64,000 bases of DNA. Source: Tubulanus polymorphus. Lineage: Eukaryota > Animalia > Nemertea. The stretch's first letter is position 1, and the number at the start of each line of letters is the position of its first letter. Shown here piece by piece: positions 37,901 to 52,044 of this stretch. The notes beneath the pieces were generated by a model, which saw only the letters and a list, made by a program, of their open reading frames with translations, was not told the DNA's origin and searched no databases. Both the position numbers and the translations under genes were made by a program. The DNA lies in the NCBI RefSeq assembly GCF_964204645.1, contig NC_134033.1:1880131-1944130 (forward strand). Direction: 5' to 3'.

Positions 37901-38491
37901 GTTAATCATTTAAATACAGATATCATCTGGTTTACGCAGCAGTGGTTTTCAATTAGAATTCGCTCGGTACCGATTTCTAATTACTAAGATTCACCGATTA
38001 CGACGAATGACATCGATATTGACTTTGTAACTATTTGTGGACGATCCCCCGGGCTACTATGTATCGGTAACCTCCCCGGAGAACCCTAACCCGTCACTCA
38101 CTGAGCAAATCCCATTATCAGTTACAAAATTCCCACCGCAATATCAAACACGGTGAACTATTGTTTTCCACTGCCATATTCAGGCATTAAAAAACAAAAT
38201 GGCGACTTTTTCAAAGGCAGAAAATTATGAAGGGTAGATAGGGTCAGGGTTGCCGACAACAAAATCACAACAATAACAAGATTCATCCCTGATAATAATG
38301 TAAATCAGCACGATCAATTTCGCACAGTTACTTCAGCCTCGTTAGGTAAAATGTTTCTACATAGCGGTCTTTTCAATGTTAAATATCTATAACTTTGCTA
38401 TTAATGTCAATTTTGACCTTAGCAAAATAACTTATTGTAAACTTTTCCTTCAGCCTCATTAGGTAAAATGTAGTTATTAAAACTATATCCA

Positions 38492-38543
<52 letters not shown>

Positions 38544-39333
38544 CTGCTATGGGCTTATGCTGTAATACACTATCTTCTACGTTGAATTTTGTTGTTGTTG
38601 TTGTGATTTTGTCGCGGTTTTATCGGATATCGTTATATCTGTTCTAACTAAATTCCACCGTATCGGCACTTACATTCAATTTCGAATATATCATTCGCAA
38701 AAGAAATTGGACCCTCTCTGAACCTGGGATCGATCTTAGACGCTGACCCTCTCTGAACTGTGCCCCTCTCTGAACCGCGCTTTCATAAGCACTAAGTGGG
38801 AATATCTGATTCCGCCCTCGCTTAAAGTATTTTGTGATTAGTGATAATTTAACCGTAAGGCGTCTCTTGTTATTTTATGTAACCGTAACATATTGATTAA
38901 TAATATTACTAACGATTTTAGGCGTTAACCATATTTATATTTCTTCCGATGTTTTGGTTTAGCTCGGTGTTTTCCGCGCTGAACCCGAACCACACCCTAT
39001 TATATGTCTTATTAGAGGTTAATAAAGCTTCAGGCCCCTCCTACATGCCATTTCAGTTCTATAGCCAGTTTAACAGCTTAAAACAGATGTTAGTTCTAAC
39101 CAATCCAACAACTTAAGACCAGTCTAAGCTCATTTTGGTTCCATAACCAATCTAACAGCTAAAAAGACCAGTCTAAGCTTATATCAGTTTCACAGGCAAA
39201 CTCATTCAACAGTGAATGATAGCTGTCATTGTTAGTGAATTGTCACCATACACCCGACTGGTCACCAGTCACTACAGCTGACTGGTCAGCCACATCGAGC
39301 AGACAAACTTTCAAACTCTATCAACCACCAAAG

Positions 39334-39402
39334 TTCTGTGGTCTGGTGGTAGAACACAGGGCTTGCAGCCTGCAGACCCAGGTTCAAATACCGCTGTAGG
39401 AA
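39334..39402 (+). mobile_element. tRNA-derived SINE head / tRNA pseudogene
   Basis: A-box-like TGGTCTGGTGGT, anticodon-arm-like CAGGGC-TTGCA-GCCTG, B-box GGTTCAAATACC. Cloverleaf is imperfect. Similar B-box heads at ~2550, ~3833 and ~9615. Confidence 0.5.
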
Positions 39403-41399
39403 GTTATTTTGTAGATGAGGCCAAGGAAACCCCTCTGGTTACAGCAACAAATTAACTTTTTGCGTTAAAACCAAAACATTCCTCATCCGCTATCGGTGTA
39501 CAGCCTGAATTAGACGCGAAATTCGTCAAAATGACGACGATATCACCTTTCGATGGCAGCCATCAGCGAAATTACACTCAACCGACGACGGGAAACTATT
39601 GCGAAACCCTCGGCAAATCATTATCTCAGTCTAAGTAACTTCAATCGCTATAAAAAAAAGCGCAACGGAAACCGTCGAGATCTTCGCAAATTGACGTAAA
39701 TGGATTCTAGCTGCGAGTCGACCGTGCATGTATATATATATATATATATATACACGGGTACTCGACTAGCGCAGGGCTGTGACGTATTTCAAGCCTCTCA
39801 TCCCCCCTCTCCTCCCTCTCCCCTCTCCCCCATTGTGATAGCTAGAATTTACCTATGAAATTAACAGCATTGATACTTAAACTTTTTCCTAAAACAGAGA
39901 AATCGCAGTCAAGGGAAGGCAATTTTAGCGTTTTTCACATCGTCTTTTAAAAATTCTATCGCGACAAGATCAGATTTTTCGCGGCATTTTTTGAGACAGA
40001 TTCAAATGAAATTTCTCTTAAAATTTTGTCACAACATGTGCACATAAATTCAGAGCTCCGCAGTAGATGAAATTTTGACAGATATTTTTCACACGTTTTC
40101 ACGATTCAAAAAAAAAAATTTCTGGATGGACCTTGAAATGCTAACACCGATGATTTTCCTTCCGAACTGATTTCATTTCTAAATTATTAGATTTTTTACA
40201 TATTTTTCACATTTGTTTATCATTTCTAAAGAAGCAGTCATCATCCACTTTTCCACAATTATTCACGTTTTCCACAGTATTTCAAGCAGACGACATCCAT
40301 TCCTGACATCATGTCGCATCAATCTGACCCCTACAGCGCGTATCCCCGCCCGATGTCTGCGTATGTCTATAAGAGTCGTATAAGACGGAATGTGGGATTG
40401 TCTCATAAACTACTGATCAACGTTCCTTCTACACATATACATGAGAAACATAAGAGAGATTTATAGCCGTTTGCTGCAAACAAGTGCCTACAGGTCGTTA
40501 TTAGAGCTTAACAGCCCCATTACACGGGCAGTACAGAGAGGGAGGGGAGGGTGAGGAAGGGGTAGGGGGAGAGGGTCATTAATAGAGCTATACAGCCCTG
40601 TTACAGGGGCAGGAGAGAGACAGGGTCATAAGGGAGAGGGAGAGGAAGAAGGAGAGGGAGAGGGAGAGGGAGAGGGAGGGGAGGGAGGGAGGGAGAGATC
40701 CGATCTATATTAACTCAAGTCAAATACGTAAGTCATATTATACCTGTCCGATTTTTCATGCCGTCTGACAATCTCAACAAATTTCCCCGGAATTTTTTCA
40801 CAAAATTCCCCGACAAGGGGGAGAATGAAGAGGAGAGATATAGTAGGGGAGAGAGAGGAGGACGGGGTGATAGGACGCAGAGGATGCTGCGGGGAGCGCT
40901 TCGTTTTTATAATCAGACCTTACATGAACCCGCTCGCTACAGGAAACAGAAACGATGCTGACAGGTTTCTATTATCACACGTCCGCAATGTATATACATC
41001 GCACTAATATTTGATTTCCAGGCGCAATCGACAAAATGTCTTCCGAAACAAAGACCTGTCACCGGAAACAACCCCTGGCAATCTAGGAATCGGACAGCTC
41101 CGAAAAAAGAGACGAAAGATATTTCCGGATCGGTGTTTGTAAATTAGGTCGCAGAATCATTAATTAGGTCACAGAATCATTAATTAGGTCACAGAATCGT
41201 TAACTAGGTCGTATAATTGATAAGTAGGTCACGGAATTGGCAGAAACCGGAGCAGATTTCTGATTATTCATCGGTTTGAGCAGACGGCTTCGCGCGCACG
41301 TTTATCTGACATCGCAAGAAATCGATGTAAAGTTGATTTTTTTTCAGCTGTTGACAAATCGTTCCTCGCTCAAATTTACCATCGTTGAATTTTATGACG

Positions 41400-42665
41400 C
41401 AAGGGGAGTGGGGAGGGAGTGGGAGGGAGAGGGAAGGAGAGTGGAGAGACAGAGGAGAGGGAGAGAGAGGGAGGAGAGAGGGAGAGAGAGGGAGAGAGGG
41501 AGAGAGGGAGAGAGGGAGAGAGGGAGAGGGAGAGAGGGAGAGAGGGAGAGAGGGAGAGGGAGAGAGGGAGATAGGGAGAGAGGGAGATAGGGAGAGAGGG
41601 AGAGGGGGAGAGAGGGAGAGAGGGAGAGGAGAGGGAGAGAGAGGGAGCAGAAGATAATATATGTAATCATATCCAACACTTGTCACATTTGTCAGTTGTT
41701 CAGCGTGTGATTGTGCGATGGAGGTTTCTACCGACAATCCTTCAAACACTCTCATAAAACAACAATATCGTAATCCGATCCGTACTGGAAACTGGAAATA
41801 TACGTGACCTTGACCCGACGTGTTACACGTCTGCCCGGGGCATTCGAACCATCGTCGCGGCAACAACAACATTAACTCCTTCAGACGAATAGAAAACAAT
41901 GGAGATTCGTTCGAAAGAAGTGGAAATAGCTATTGCGAAACTTGTAGAACAATAAGACGCGATAAACTTGAGAACCGCTTCAGAAGAGGAAGGTTGGGAG
42001 AGAGATGGCTGGGATCGGAGGGAGGAATGACTGGATAGCAAAAATGGAGGGCAAGACCGAGATGGAGGGAGGAAATAAAGTAGAGATAGAAATGATGGTG
42101 ATTGGAGAGGACAAAGGGAAAGAGAGGTAATGGAGGGAAATATGGAGAGGACGAGGAAGTATGAGGTGAAGAGGGAGGGATGGAGGGAGGTATAAAGGTG
42201 ATGAGGGGATAAAGGGAAACTATGAATAGGGATGGAACACAGAATGACGCAAAGTACAGGGGTGGGAAAAGGGAGGTATGGAGAAAGGAAGGTTTTGAGG
42301 GAGGTATGGATGAGGAGGTATCGTAAATGCGGTATGACAAGGATAGAAGATGCAATATGAGAAGTCAGGAGGTATGGAGAAACGGAGGTATGGAATGGAA
42401 GAGAGGAGAAATGGGGAAAGGGAATTGAGGATAAGGAGGTATATTGTTGGGGGAGGTATGTTGTCGGAGGGAGGTATTTTGTTGAAGAGGTTTAAGGATA
42501 AGTAGGTATGATGGAGAGGTTGTTATAGGAGAGTTATTGAAGAGAGGGAGGTATATTGTGAGAGGGAGGTATGTTGTAGGAGGGAGGTATGTTGTAGGAG
42601 GGAGGTATGTTGTAGGAGGGAGGTATATTGTAGGAGGGAGGTATATTGTGGGAGCGAGGTTTGAG
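41400..42665. repeat. GA-rich low-complexity tracts and an 18-bp GGAGGGAGGTATGTTGTA repeat
   Basis: Directly visible. Source of the spurious RE/SLP ORFs. Confidence 0.9.
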
Positions 42666-43899
42666 GGTGAGCATAAGTTGTAATTGTTAAACAGTATACG
42701 TGAATAAAACCGGTCGTTAATATCCCGCGACGACTGTTGAGCAAATACCGCTTCAAACCGTGGTATCAACTACTCATTGATTTATAGCACCATAAACGAC
42801 TACCACGGTATACTGCGAGAGAGGGGGAGGGAGAGGGGGAGGGAGGCGGGGAGCGGGCTTTATATAACCGCTAAACAATGTCTACATGTCACATTAAGGA
42901 AGCGATCCCGATCCCGTCGGGGGTTCGCTTGTTTTCCGAGCATGTATAATTCAGATCCTGAAGGAGCTTACACAAGATTCATTTATTCATCTCGATTTCT
43001 GTTTTATAGATGAAGCGGCAAATCGTATAAACATTTCAAGATGGGAGGTTTTCGGGAATTTCATTTGTCATCTTACTGATTGAATTCAAACATCCTAAGC
43101 TCAGTGCTCAATATAACGAGCTTAGCTTGGACTCGTCATAAATCTCAATAGTGTTACTGGATAAAATGAGCTTAAACTGGTCTTATATCTCAAGACTTAA
43201 ATAGCGGTACTGGACCTAAATGAGCTACACCCAGTCATATCTTAAATCTCAATAGTGAATGGACCTGAATTTGCTTAGACTGGTCTTAGCTCAACTCTCA
43301 ATAATGGTACATGACTTGAATGAGCTTAGACTCGTCTTAGCTTAACTCTCAATAGTGGTACTGGACCTGAATAAGCTTAGACTGGGCCTAGCTTAACTCT
43401 CAATAATGGTACTGGACCTGAATGAACTTGGCATGGTCTTATCATTAGGCCCATACCTCTGAACTAGGTACCAATTTTAAGCACTGAACATATTAATAAT
43501 CCCGATATACCAGCGAGACCCGGGCTCTGAGAGAGATTCGATGTTTGAATGACGTCGCTTCGCTTAAACCATCGACGCTTACTGTGAAATTATAGTACAA
43601 GTCGATTTAACAACCATCAATTATTGAAAACGATTAGTGCAGCGAGGTTAATTAATAGAGACAGGGTTACCGGGTACATTGATACATACCTGATGATGTT
43701 ATTGTGTGATTCAGTAGGTGTGCTTATAGACACCTGTAACACTGAACACACACACGCGATTTATAAATTTACAATCATCATCTAAATATTACACGAACTC
43801 ACTCGCGATCAAGGCCACAAGTGATGATTTCTGCTACAATAACAATTTTAACCCTTTACTGTTCGACAGCTAGGTGGAACGGGTTAAAATCATGACTGG

Positions 43900-44180
43900 C
43901 ATTCTCAGGCAGACGGGATTCTTTCAGACTAGATTCCCAGGCAGATGGGATTCTTTGAGACTAGATTCTCAGGCAGATGGGATTCTTTGAGACTAGATTC
44001 TAAGGCAGACGGGATTCTTTGAGACTAGATTCTAAAGCAGACGGGATTCTTTGAGACTAGATTTATTCTCAGGCAGACGAGATTCTTTGAGACTAGATTC
44101 TCAGGCAGACGGGATTCTTTGAGACTAGATTCTCAGGCAGACGGGATTCTTTGAGACTAGATTCCCGGGCAGACGAGATT
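43900..44180. repeat. 32-bp minisatellite (ATTCTCAGGCAGACGGGATTCTTTGAGACTAG), ~8 copies
   Basis: Directly visible. Confidence 0.93.
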
Positions 44181-44484
44181 GTCGCTTGGTTAATGAAACG
44201 TTAACGTGAATTGCGTCTGCTACCGAGTATAAATAGACTTTAATAGAATCTTCTTAGAAGAAATTAGCGTAAGACTGGATTCCGTCACGGGTCCTCGTTT
44301 CGAGACTTCTTTGATCCGGTTGCCACGGAAACTTAATGGACATTTTTTTTTTCTCGTAAATAAGATGCGTAGTTTCTAGATGAGAGGTAAAGGTTGTTTC
44401 TGGAATATTGAAATTGGTTTGGGAGGGGAGGGGGAGCTCATAAACCAGCTTAAAGCTTAAATATACTTAATTATAGATACTTAC

Positions 44485-44906
44485 TGCAGCACACCTAGTA
44501 GATCCTCACTTGCCACAAGTGGAATCCTCTATTGCTGCAGTAGTTGATGTCCTACTGCACACTAGCGACACCCGGTGGATCCTCAATTGCCACAAGTTGA
44601 ATCCACTATTGCTGCATTAGTTGATATCCTATTGCGCACTAGCGACACCAGGTGGATCCTCACTTGCCACAAGTGGAATCCTCTATTGCCGCAGTAGTCG
44701 ATGTCCTACCGAACACTAGCGACACCTAGTGGATGCTCACTTGCCACAAGTGGATTCCTCCATTGCCACAGTAGTTGGTGTCCTACTGCACACTAGCGAC
44801 ACCTGGTGGATCCTCACTTGCCACAAGTAGAATCCTCTATTGTAGCATTAGCTAGTTATGTCTTACTGCACACTAACCACACCTGGTGGAACCTCACTTG
44901 CCACAA
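44485..44906. repeat. 77-bp tandem repeat, ~5 copies
   Basis: GATCCTCACTTGCCACAAGTGGAATCC recurs at 44501, 44578, 44655, 44732 and 44809. Confidence 0.93.
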
Positions 44907-45279
44907 AGTTGCAGAAGTCATTCGCGACGATACAAACACATATACGGCAAACATCGAGCAGTGACTGGGTAAATTTTCTCTGATTAAACGTTCTGTACAT
45001 ATTTATCCGGAGAGAGTCTGTCTGTCGTTCGATCAGACGCCGACGTCTGCTCGCAAATTCAATAAGCCAAACGGAATATCAGTGATAACACGACTAAAAT
45101 GACCCGACCAACTGGTAACTGAGCGTCAAATCGTGTTAGTTAAATCGAATTCAACGGACGTGAGGGAGGGTTAGGGCTAATATGGCTGTCACAGACAATA
45201 TCTCACTGTTAAATCCACCTAAGAGGCATGAGGCCAACAAAAAGTGAGTATAGACCTCGGGATACATAGGGCAGAAAAC

Positions 45280-45367
45280 CTAATGTCTATTTCAACTTGA
45301 CTTGAGAGCACACTGACTAAGCTAGGCCACTTGATATGCTCTCAAGTCAAGTTGAAATAGACATTAG
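45280..45367. repeat. Perfect 31-bp inverted repeat with 26-nt loop (hairpin / tiny MITE)
   Basis: CTAATGTCTATTTCAACTTGACTTGAGAGCA (45280-45310) is exactly complementary to 45337-45367. Confidence 0.92.
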
Positions 45368-47281
45368 TACCTAATACGAACCAGATGGCTCCGATTTAAG
45401 TTACCATAGTTCTACAAAACTGAGGATGACGGAAGTGTTGGTTATGTGGGGCTTTTCTTGAAGATGCTGGCCTAGTAGAAGCCATAAGCAGAAATTCCTG
45501 TAGCGCGTTTCTTAAGTCAAGTTAAGACTAGTCTAAGACCATCTTAGTTCTTAAGTCAATCTAACAACTTAAGATATGTTTTATGACTTACAGCCACATT
45601 TCCCCTGGATTAACATGCTGGAATATGAACTTTCAAACTTATCTGAGCTAAAGAGAGACAAGGAAAGTAAGATGACTTGAGAGTCAGGAGGGATGACTAC
45701 AAAACTTGATTCAAGAAGAGATAAATCTTGCGATAAAAGGGATGACTTCAACAGATGACTCTTGAGACAGGAAAAAAGATGACTCCATCCCCTAAGTCAG
45801 GAGAGATGACTCCAAAACAAGAGAAAAGACAGAAGACTCCGAGACAGGAAAAAAAGATCACTCCAAAACTTGAGTCAGAAGAGATGACTCCAAAACATGA
45901 GAGAAGACAGATGATTCTGAGAAAAGAGAGCTGACTCCCTGATTAGAAGTCAAGATGTTTCAATAATCCACACAGCGGGACATTGATCGGAAAAGAGCCG
46001 CATTTGAGTCCGCGCTCCGTCGATTATCTATTGAATTACCAACGGAAACGTTATCAATCATATTTATCGTAGCGGTTTAAATCGCTCAACCGTCGGTCGA
46101 CCGGTCGACGGATATTGACCGGTACCGGAGGTCCTCTCTCGCGACGCCTCGAGCACCACTTCATTATCCGGATACGATCTCGTTCGGCGGGAATAATCCG
46201 ATATGGAACACGACGACGGGAAAATGTTTCCCTGAACCGGATCTCTCAAACTGGGAGCGTAAGAGTCGTCGAGAGGTTTCAACCGCCTCGAGACCTGTTG
46301 CGTAATGACGACGCTGTTGACTTTTCTGCAGCAGTTTTTCGATAATTTCTTCCGCAAGAACTAGAATTGTTAATGACACAGAAATGGCTGAGTCCATCTG
46401 TCCAAATCTACTTCTGTCCGTACAAACCCAAAAATCCATCAGCCTTAACTTGTCTTTCTTTCTTAAGTCGAACAGTCTAAATCTGTCTAAATTCATCTGC
46501 TCGGACCATCTGAATCTGTCTGTCTGTGTTCATCTGAATCACTGTCTGAATATCAGCCTGTTTATAACTGTCGGTCTACCTTGACTTCTTTCTGTCTAAA
46601 CATGTTTGTCTAAAGTTTTGTCTGCTTGAGTTGGTCCATCTGAATCCATCTGCTCGAGTCTGTCTGTCTGAATCCGTCTGCCTGAATCAGTCCATCTGGA
46701 TCCATCTGCCTGAATCAGTCCATCTGAATCTGTCTGCTCGAGTCTTTAGTCTTAATCCATCTGCTTGAGTCTGCCCTCTGAATCCTTCTGCCCGAGTTTG
46801 TCTGAATCTGTCTGCTCGAGTCTGTCTGAATACGTCTGCCCGAGTTTGTCTGAATCCGTCTGGGTAAGTCCGTCTAAATCCGTCTGCTTGCTTGTAGCCG
46901 CTGTGTCGACGTGGTGCATACAAATTACGCTGTTTGTTTACGATGACACCTTCTCAATACTCTCCGCCGATTCCCCTACATCAGCACCAGCTACACCAGC
47001 ACCAGCAACAGCAGTAGCAGCAACAGTTTCGACGTCACCAGGGAAAAATGAGATGCAAAACTAGCGTAAATTTGCATAATTGCCCGCGGTTATTTACGCC
47101 GGTTATTTCGAGATAAAGACACTCGTAATAACGGTGTTTACGAAACGAATTTACAAGCGGCGCAAACGTTTCGAAAGGTTTTACAGTTAATTATTACTGA
47201 ATAACATCGTAAAATTGCGTCTAATTTCAGATCACAACTCATCCTCCCGAACCTGACGGCATCGAGACTGGCCACGGTACG

Positions 47282-47484
47282 AAACCCTGCTGCACTAGAC
47301 CCAGTGCACAGCTTAGATGATGTCGTTATTAGCCAATCAGAAATCTCGTTTTATTTTAGCCCCAGTTTTTCCATTTATAGTTTTCCCATGAAATAATCTC
47401 AGCGATTATACAACGAGCAATCCGATTGGTGCCGCAAGTTTTCTAACGGTAAACCTTCGCACTCGGTCTAGTGTGGCAGGGTTT
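47282..47484. mobile_element. Short MITE with 26-bp imperfect TIRs
   Basis: AAACCCTGCTGCACTAGACCCAGTGC ... GCACTCGGTCTAGTGTGGCAGGGTTT. Confidence 0.7.
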
Positions 47485-48064
47485 AGCACCCTGGTCGAGT
47501 GTAGCGATGTCGTTATCTTCAAATCCCTCTCTGGGGGGAGGACAGGTCTGGCTGAGTCGAGCCTCGAGAGGATTATTAAGACACTGCATCACCCAGGGAT
47601 GGAGGTCGCGGGTCGCCGGTCGGTTGAATTCTAGATGATTCTGTATAGAAACACAATTGAAAAGATATTTTGTTTCTTTTCAAATCCGTGCCGGGGGAGG
47701 ACGGGTCTGAGTCGAGGACCCGAGACGCCGGTCGGTTGAATTCTATAGATGATTCGGTAAAGAAACACGATTGAAAAGATGTTTCGTTTCTTTTCTTTTA
47801 GTCGCGGAAGAAATCGATGTCATCGACAACAGTTCGTCGCGCGAGGATGACGAGGATGACGAGGATGATTGCTGACGAGGATGTAGAACGTCATCTGTAC
47901 CGTTTCTCATAACCGATGATAACACTCGTAACACTCGACGAGTGGAGAATGAGTGGTGGTATTTATGAGTGTCGGGGAATCTGTAACTGCTGTGGCTGCT
48001 GTGGTTTTCAAGGTCGTCGATTGTGTATGAACCGTGAAATCACATGAGACATTTCAATTGCTCT

Positions 48065-48870
48065 TACTCTCACCCCCTGACCCTCTCTCCTCTTACCCCC
48101 TGACCCTCTCTCCCCTTACCCCCTAACCCTCTCTCCTCTCACCCCTGTCATTCCTCTCTCCTCTCACCCCCTAACCCTCTCTCCTCTCACCCCCTAACCC
48201 TCTCTCCTCTCACCCCCTAACCCTCTCTCCTCTCACCCCCTAACCCTCTCTCCTCTCACCCCCTAACCCTCTCTCCTCTCACCCCCTAACCCTCTCTCCT
48301 CTCACCCCCTAACCCTCTCTCCTCTCACCCCCTAACCCTTTCTCCTCTCACCCCCTAACCCTCTCTCCTCTCACCCCCTGACCCTCTCTCCTCTCACCCC
48401 CTAACCCTCTCTCCTCTCACCCCCTAACCCTCTCTCCTCTCACCCCTGTCATTCCTCTCTCCTCTCACCCCCTAACCCTCTCTCCTCTCACCCCCTAACC
48501 CTCTCTCCTCTCACCCCCTAACCCTCTCTCCTCTCACCCCCTAACCCTCTCTCCTCTCACCCCCTAACCCTCTCTCCTCTCACCCCCTAACCCTCTCTCC
48601 TCTCACCCCCTAACCCTCTCTCCTCTCACCCCCTAACCCTTTCTCCTCTCACCCCCTAACCCTCTCTCCCCTTACCCCCTGACCCTCTCTCCTCTCACCC
48701 CCTAACCCTCTCTCCTCTCACCCCCTAACCCTCTCTCCTCTCACCCCCTAACCCTCTCTCCTCTCACCCCCTAACCCTTTCTCCTCTCACCCCCTAACCC
48801 TCTCTCCTCTTACCCCCTGACCCTCTCTCCCCTTACCCCCTAACCCTCTCTCCTCACCCCTGTCATTCCT
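48065..48870. repeat. 23-bp minisatellite CCCCCTAACCCTCTCTCCTCTCA (~35 copies), grading into a CT-rich tract to ~49240
   Basis: Directly visible. Most units contain CCCTAA. Confidence 0.96.
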
Positions 48871-49624
48871 CTCCCTCTTTCCTCTCACTCATTCCTCTCC
48901 TCTCACCTCTCTCCTCTACCCTGTTATTCCTCTCCCTCTCCCCTCTTTACTCTTTCCTCTCTCTCAGTCCTCTCTCCTCTTTCCTCTCTCTCTCTCTCTC
49001 TCTCTCTCCCCTCCCTCTCATCTTTTCTCCTCTCCCTCTCTCTCAATGCATCTCTCTACCTGCCTCCTACTTTCCCTCCTTCCTCTCCCTCTCACTCTTT
49101 CCCTCTTTCCATTTTCTATTTCCTCTCATTCAACCTCTCCCTCTTTCTCAATACCTTTTCCTCCAATGCTGCCTCTCCCTTTACTCTTTTCACTCCTGCC
49201 TCTTCCCGACCTCTTTCTTACCCCCGTCCCTCTCTTACTTTCTCACACGGCGAGTAACAAACTCACCGGTTTACCCCCCTTTGCGTTTATCGCGAGAGAA
49301 ATTTGATAAATCAATTTGAACGACGCAAAAAAAATGATCGTAAATCATTCGAAACCCTGACGACGCTTTATTAATCGAAATCGAGTCAATTTTTTAACCT
49401 TATTTTGTCGCGAGTTTCTCCGGAACGGGGAAAACGGATGAGCTGTTTATCTTCGTTCGTTCGCCGGAGCCGGCCACCGTCATTACTCACGCAGTGACAG
49501 CGTTATTATAGATACGTGGAGGGCCGCGGCGGCCATCTTGTCAAAAACGAACGACGGATAATTCGTCATAATGATCGATAATCGGATGCTTGCACATCGA
49601 GGGAATATTTCGGGCAACTCCGAA

Positions 49625-49870
49625 CTATGAGCCACCCATCGAATTCTCCAGAACTAACTTTAGAACTTGGTACTCTAAACTACGATTTCAAGGAGCCACC
49701 CTTTGATATCTCCTGAACTAACTTTAGAACTTGGCACTCTAAACTACGATTTCATGGAGCCACCCTTTGATATCTCCTGAACTAACTGTAGCGCTCGACA
49801 CTGCAAACTATGATTTCCTGGAGCCACCCTTAAATGTATTTACAACTACCGGAGCCACCCTTTGATGCCT
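49625..49870. repeat. 64-bp tandem repeat (GAGCCACCC core), ~3.5 copies
   Basis: GAGCCACC at 49629, 49693, 49757 and ~49821. Related core at 58200-58330. Confidence 0.85.
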
Positions 49871-52044
49871 CCGGGTTGTGTTGATTTACATATCCTTGGA
49901 GTACCCTACTAATTAATACGCAATGCAGCACTTGGAATTTTTTGGAGCCACTCCCATAGGGTATATATATGCGTGAAATTTAAAATATGGCTTTGCGATA
50001 TTAACAATTGAACTGTGGCTATGATTGATTTTGAACTGACAACTGAACCGATGATATTGCGTAACTCTCTCATCTAAACTGATTTTAATCGTCTACGATG
50101 AACTCAGTCTGAAGAATATTAACATCGATACAAACTGTGACTGAAGAGTGATGACTTTCAAACACTTTTAGTTTCAACTTTAAAAATATGGCTCTGACTC
50201 ACGTGACTCTTGATAACAACAGAAATAGACTTTTATCTTTAATGAAATTTTTCAAAAAGTGAAAAAAATCTACCAAACTTACCATTGTTATTAGTATCTT
50301 TAGGTTTCATGGTGAAGGCGGCAATTACCGATGTTTCAAGCGAAAACTATTTTCAAAATTAACAGTTCTTGTTCCCGGCGAAAAACCACGCCATAATTCC
50401 AGTGTAGGTTTAGACTGTCGCTGATTGCAGGCTGTCCCCAAGAATTTGAAACAAAAAATAAATCCCAATTTTTTTCGCGATAGTTCAAAAAGTTTTCTAT
50501 TTCATTTCAATCGTTTAAATCCGTCAAAATTTTCCTTGCGGCATTTTTGCAAGTTTGCTTTGTAAATAATCCTCGCAGTTAAGCTTGTCGCGGAAAATCC
50601 GAGAATATATTTCGATATCGTTATTTTCTCCGATTTCCGACAATTATCTCAGCAGTTTTCTATTTCATTTCGTCGACAAAATTTCGGTCGAAATTTCCCT
50701 CGCGGTATTTTTACTCTCCTCAGACGGAGACGGCTATTCGACCTCAATCCGCTGATATTCCACGAATCCTGCCTCACAAAGTCCGATTCGAAAAATATCC
50801 ATAAATCCTAAATTGTCGGAATTTCGTAAAACTATTTGTAAAATTGAAATGGTTTTAATCTGAAGACCCGTATCAAGTTTGTAAGATCAGAAATGTGAAC
50901 AAAAAGATTCTAGACTGGCCTTAGAACTAAGTCCTGTATAGCTACATGAATGGAATACATTTAAGACCGGTTTAAACTCATTTTGTTTCCATAACCGATT
51001 CCAACAACTCGAGAAAAGTCTTAAGATTTAAACCATTTCAGCGCGTCACAACTTAATAATATCCCTTCGACTAGGTCATGACTTGAATCTAAGACCGGTC
51101 TAAGCTCATTTTGCATTATCCACGCGGCAAAATAAAAAACGAATTTAGATCCAGGACAAAAGAATTCTGAGTCAGAGTTTATTCTCGAGTTCTGATTAGT
51201 TCATTTTCGACGATGTTTTGACGCTGGCATCAAATCTAAATGTTAAACCAGGTCCAAAGCGCTTATTATCTATAAGAACAGGAATGAAATAAGCTAAGAC
51301 CGGTCCTAACTAAGTCGCAACCGCTGAAGCTAGGTTTAAAACTACGCGATCGGGTAATCCAGCTCGCTCCGGCTCACCGTCTGTTCGAACTGGTTCGTTC
51401 TCTCAGCAGACGACGGATGATGATTGTACGTCTGCTCACTGAAAGCTGCAGCAACTGATCGCGAGCGCAGCTATACGCGAACAAGCGCCGGAGTGTGTGA
51501 AGAGCCACATATTCAAATCACGAAACAGTAAACCAGCCTCTCGTGCGATGATCCACACTGAGTCACACATCCTATCTTTATTTCTGCGAATGTGTCTCAT
51601 ATTTGACCAGTCACTCACTCGCGGATTATACCATACACTCAACTTATGATTAAATATGTTTGACTCATTTCAGTTTCTATAAGATTGCATAGGCGTCCCG
51701 AAGGAGAGTGTGGGGGTAGCGGACGCACCCCCTTTTCGAGATAGCTAACTTCTCAAGATACCATGTAATGAATGTTCAAGATTTTTCTTGCCAATTTGAA
51801 TAGACTTTTAACTCTAAATGATTCATTTAGAGCCTGGAAAATGTCTCCAGCTAAAGCCACCAATTTTCACAAAGTTTTTATGGGGAGGCCCACCAAACAC
51901 TCAACATTGTGGATAGGTCTACTTGATTGGTGCTTATTCGAACCCCCCATGAAAATTCCTGGGGACGCCTATGGATTGAAGTCTGCCATTAAAAGGCTGA
52001 AACCAGTAGTGCAGTTTTACTTTATGGCTTCAGATTTGAAGCCA

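Noticed and set aside
41264-42769. RE-rich and SLP-rich ORFs (also 52618-53103 and 49046-49306)
   Set aside because: Translations of GA/CT low-complexity tracts.
46064-46496. Overlapping CpG-rich ORFs on both strands
   Set aside because: No recognisable domain and no consistent splice sites.
47780-47875. Plus-strand terminal exon candidate (acceptor TTTTCTTTTAG| then AEEIDVIDNSSSREDDEDDEDDC*)
   Set aside because: No upstream plus-strand exons were found. It adjoins a local duplication and a 9-bp repeat, and the opposite strand is equally open.
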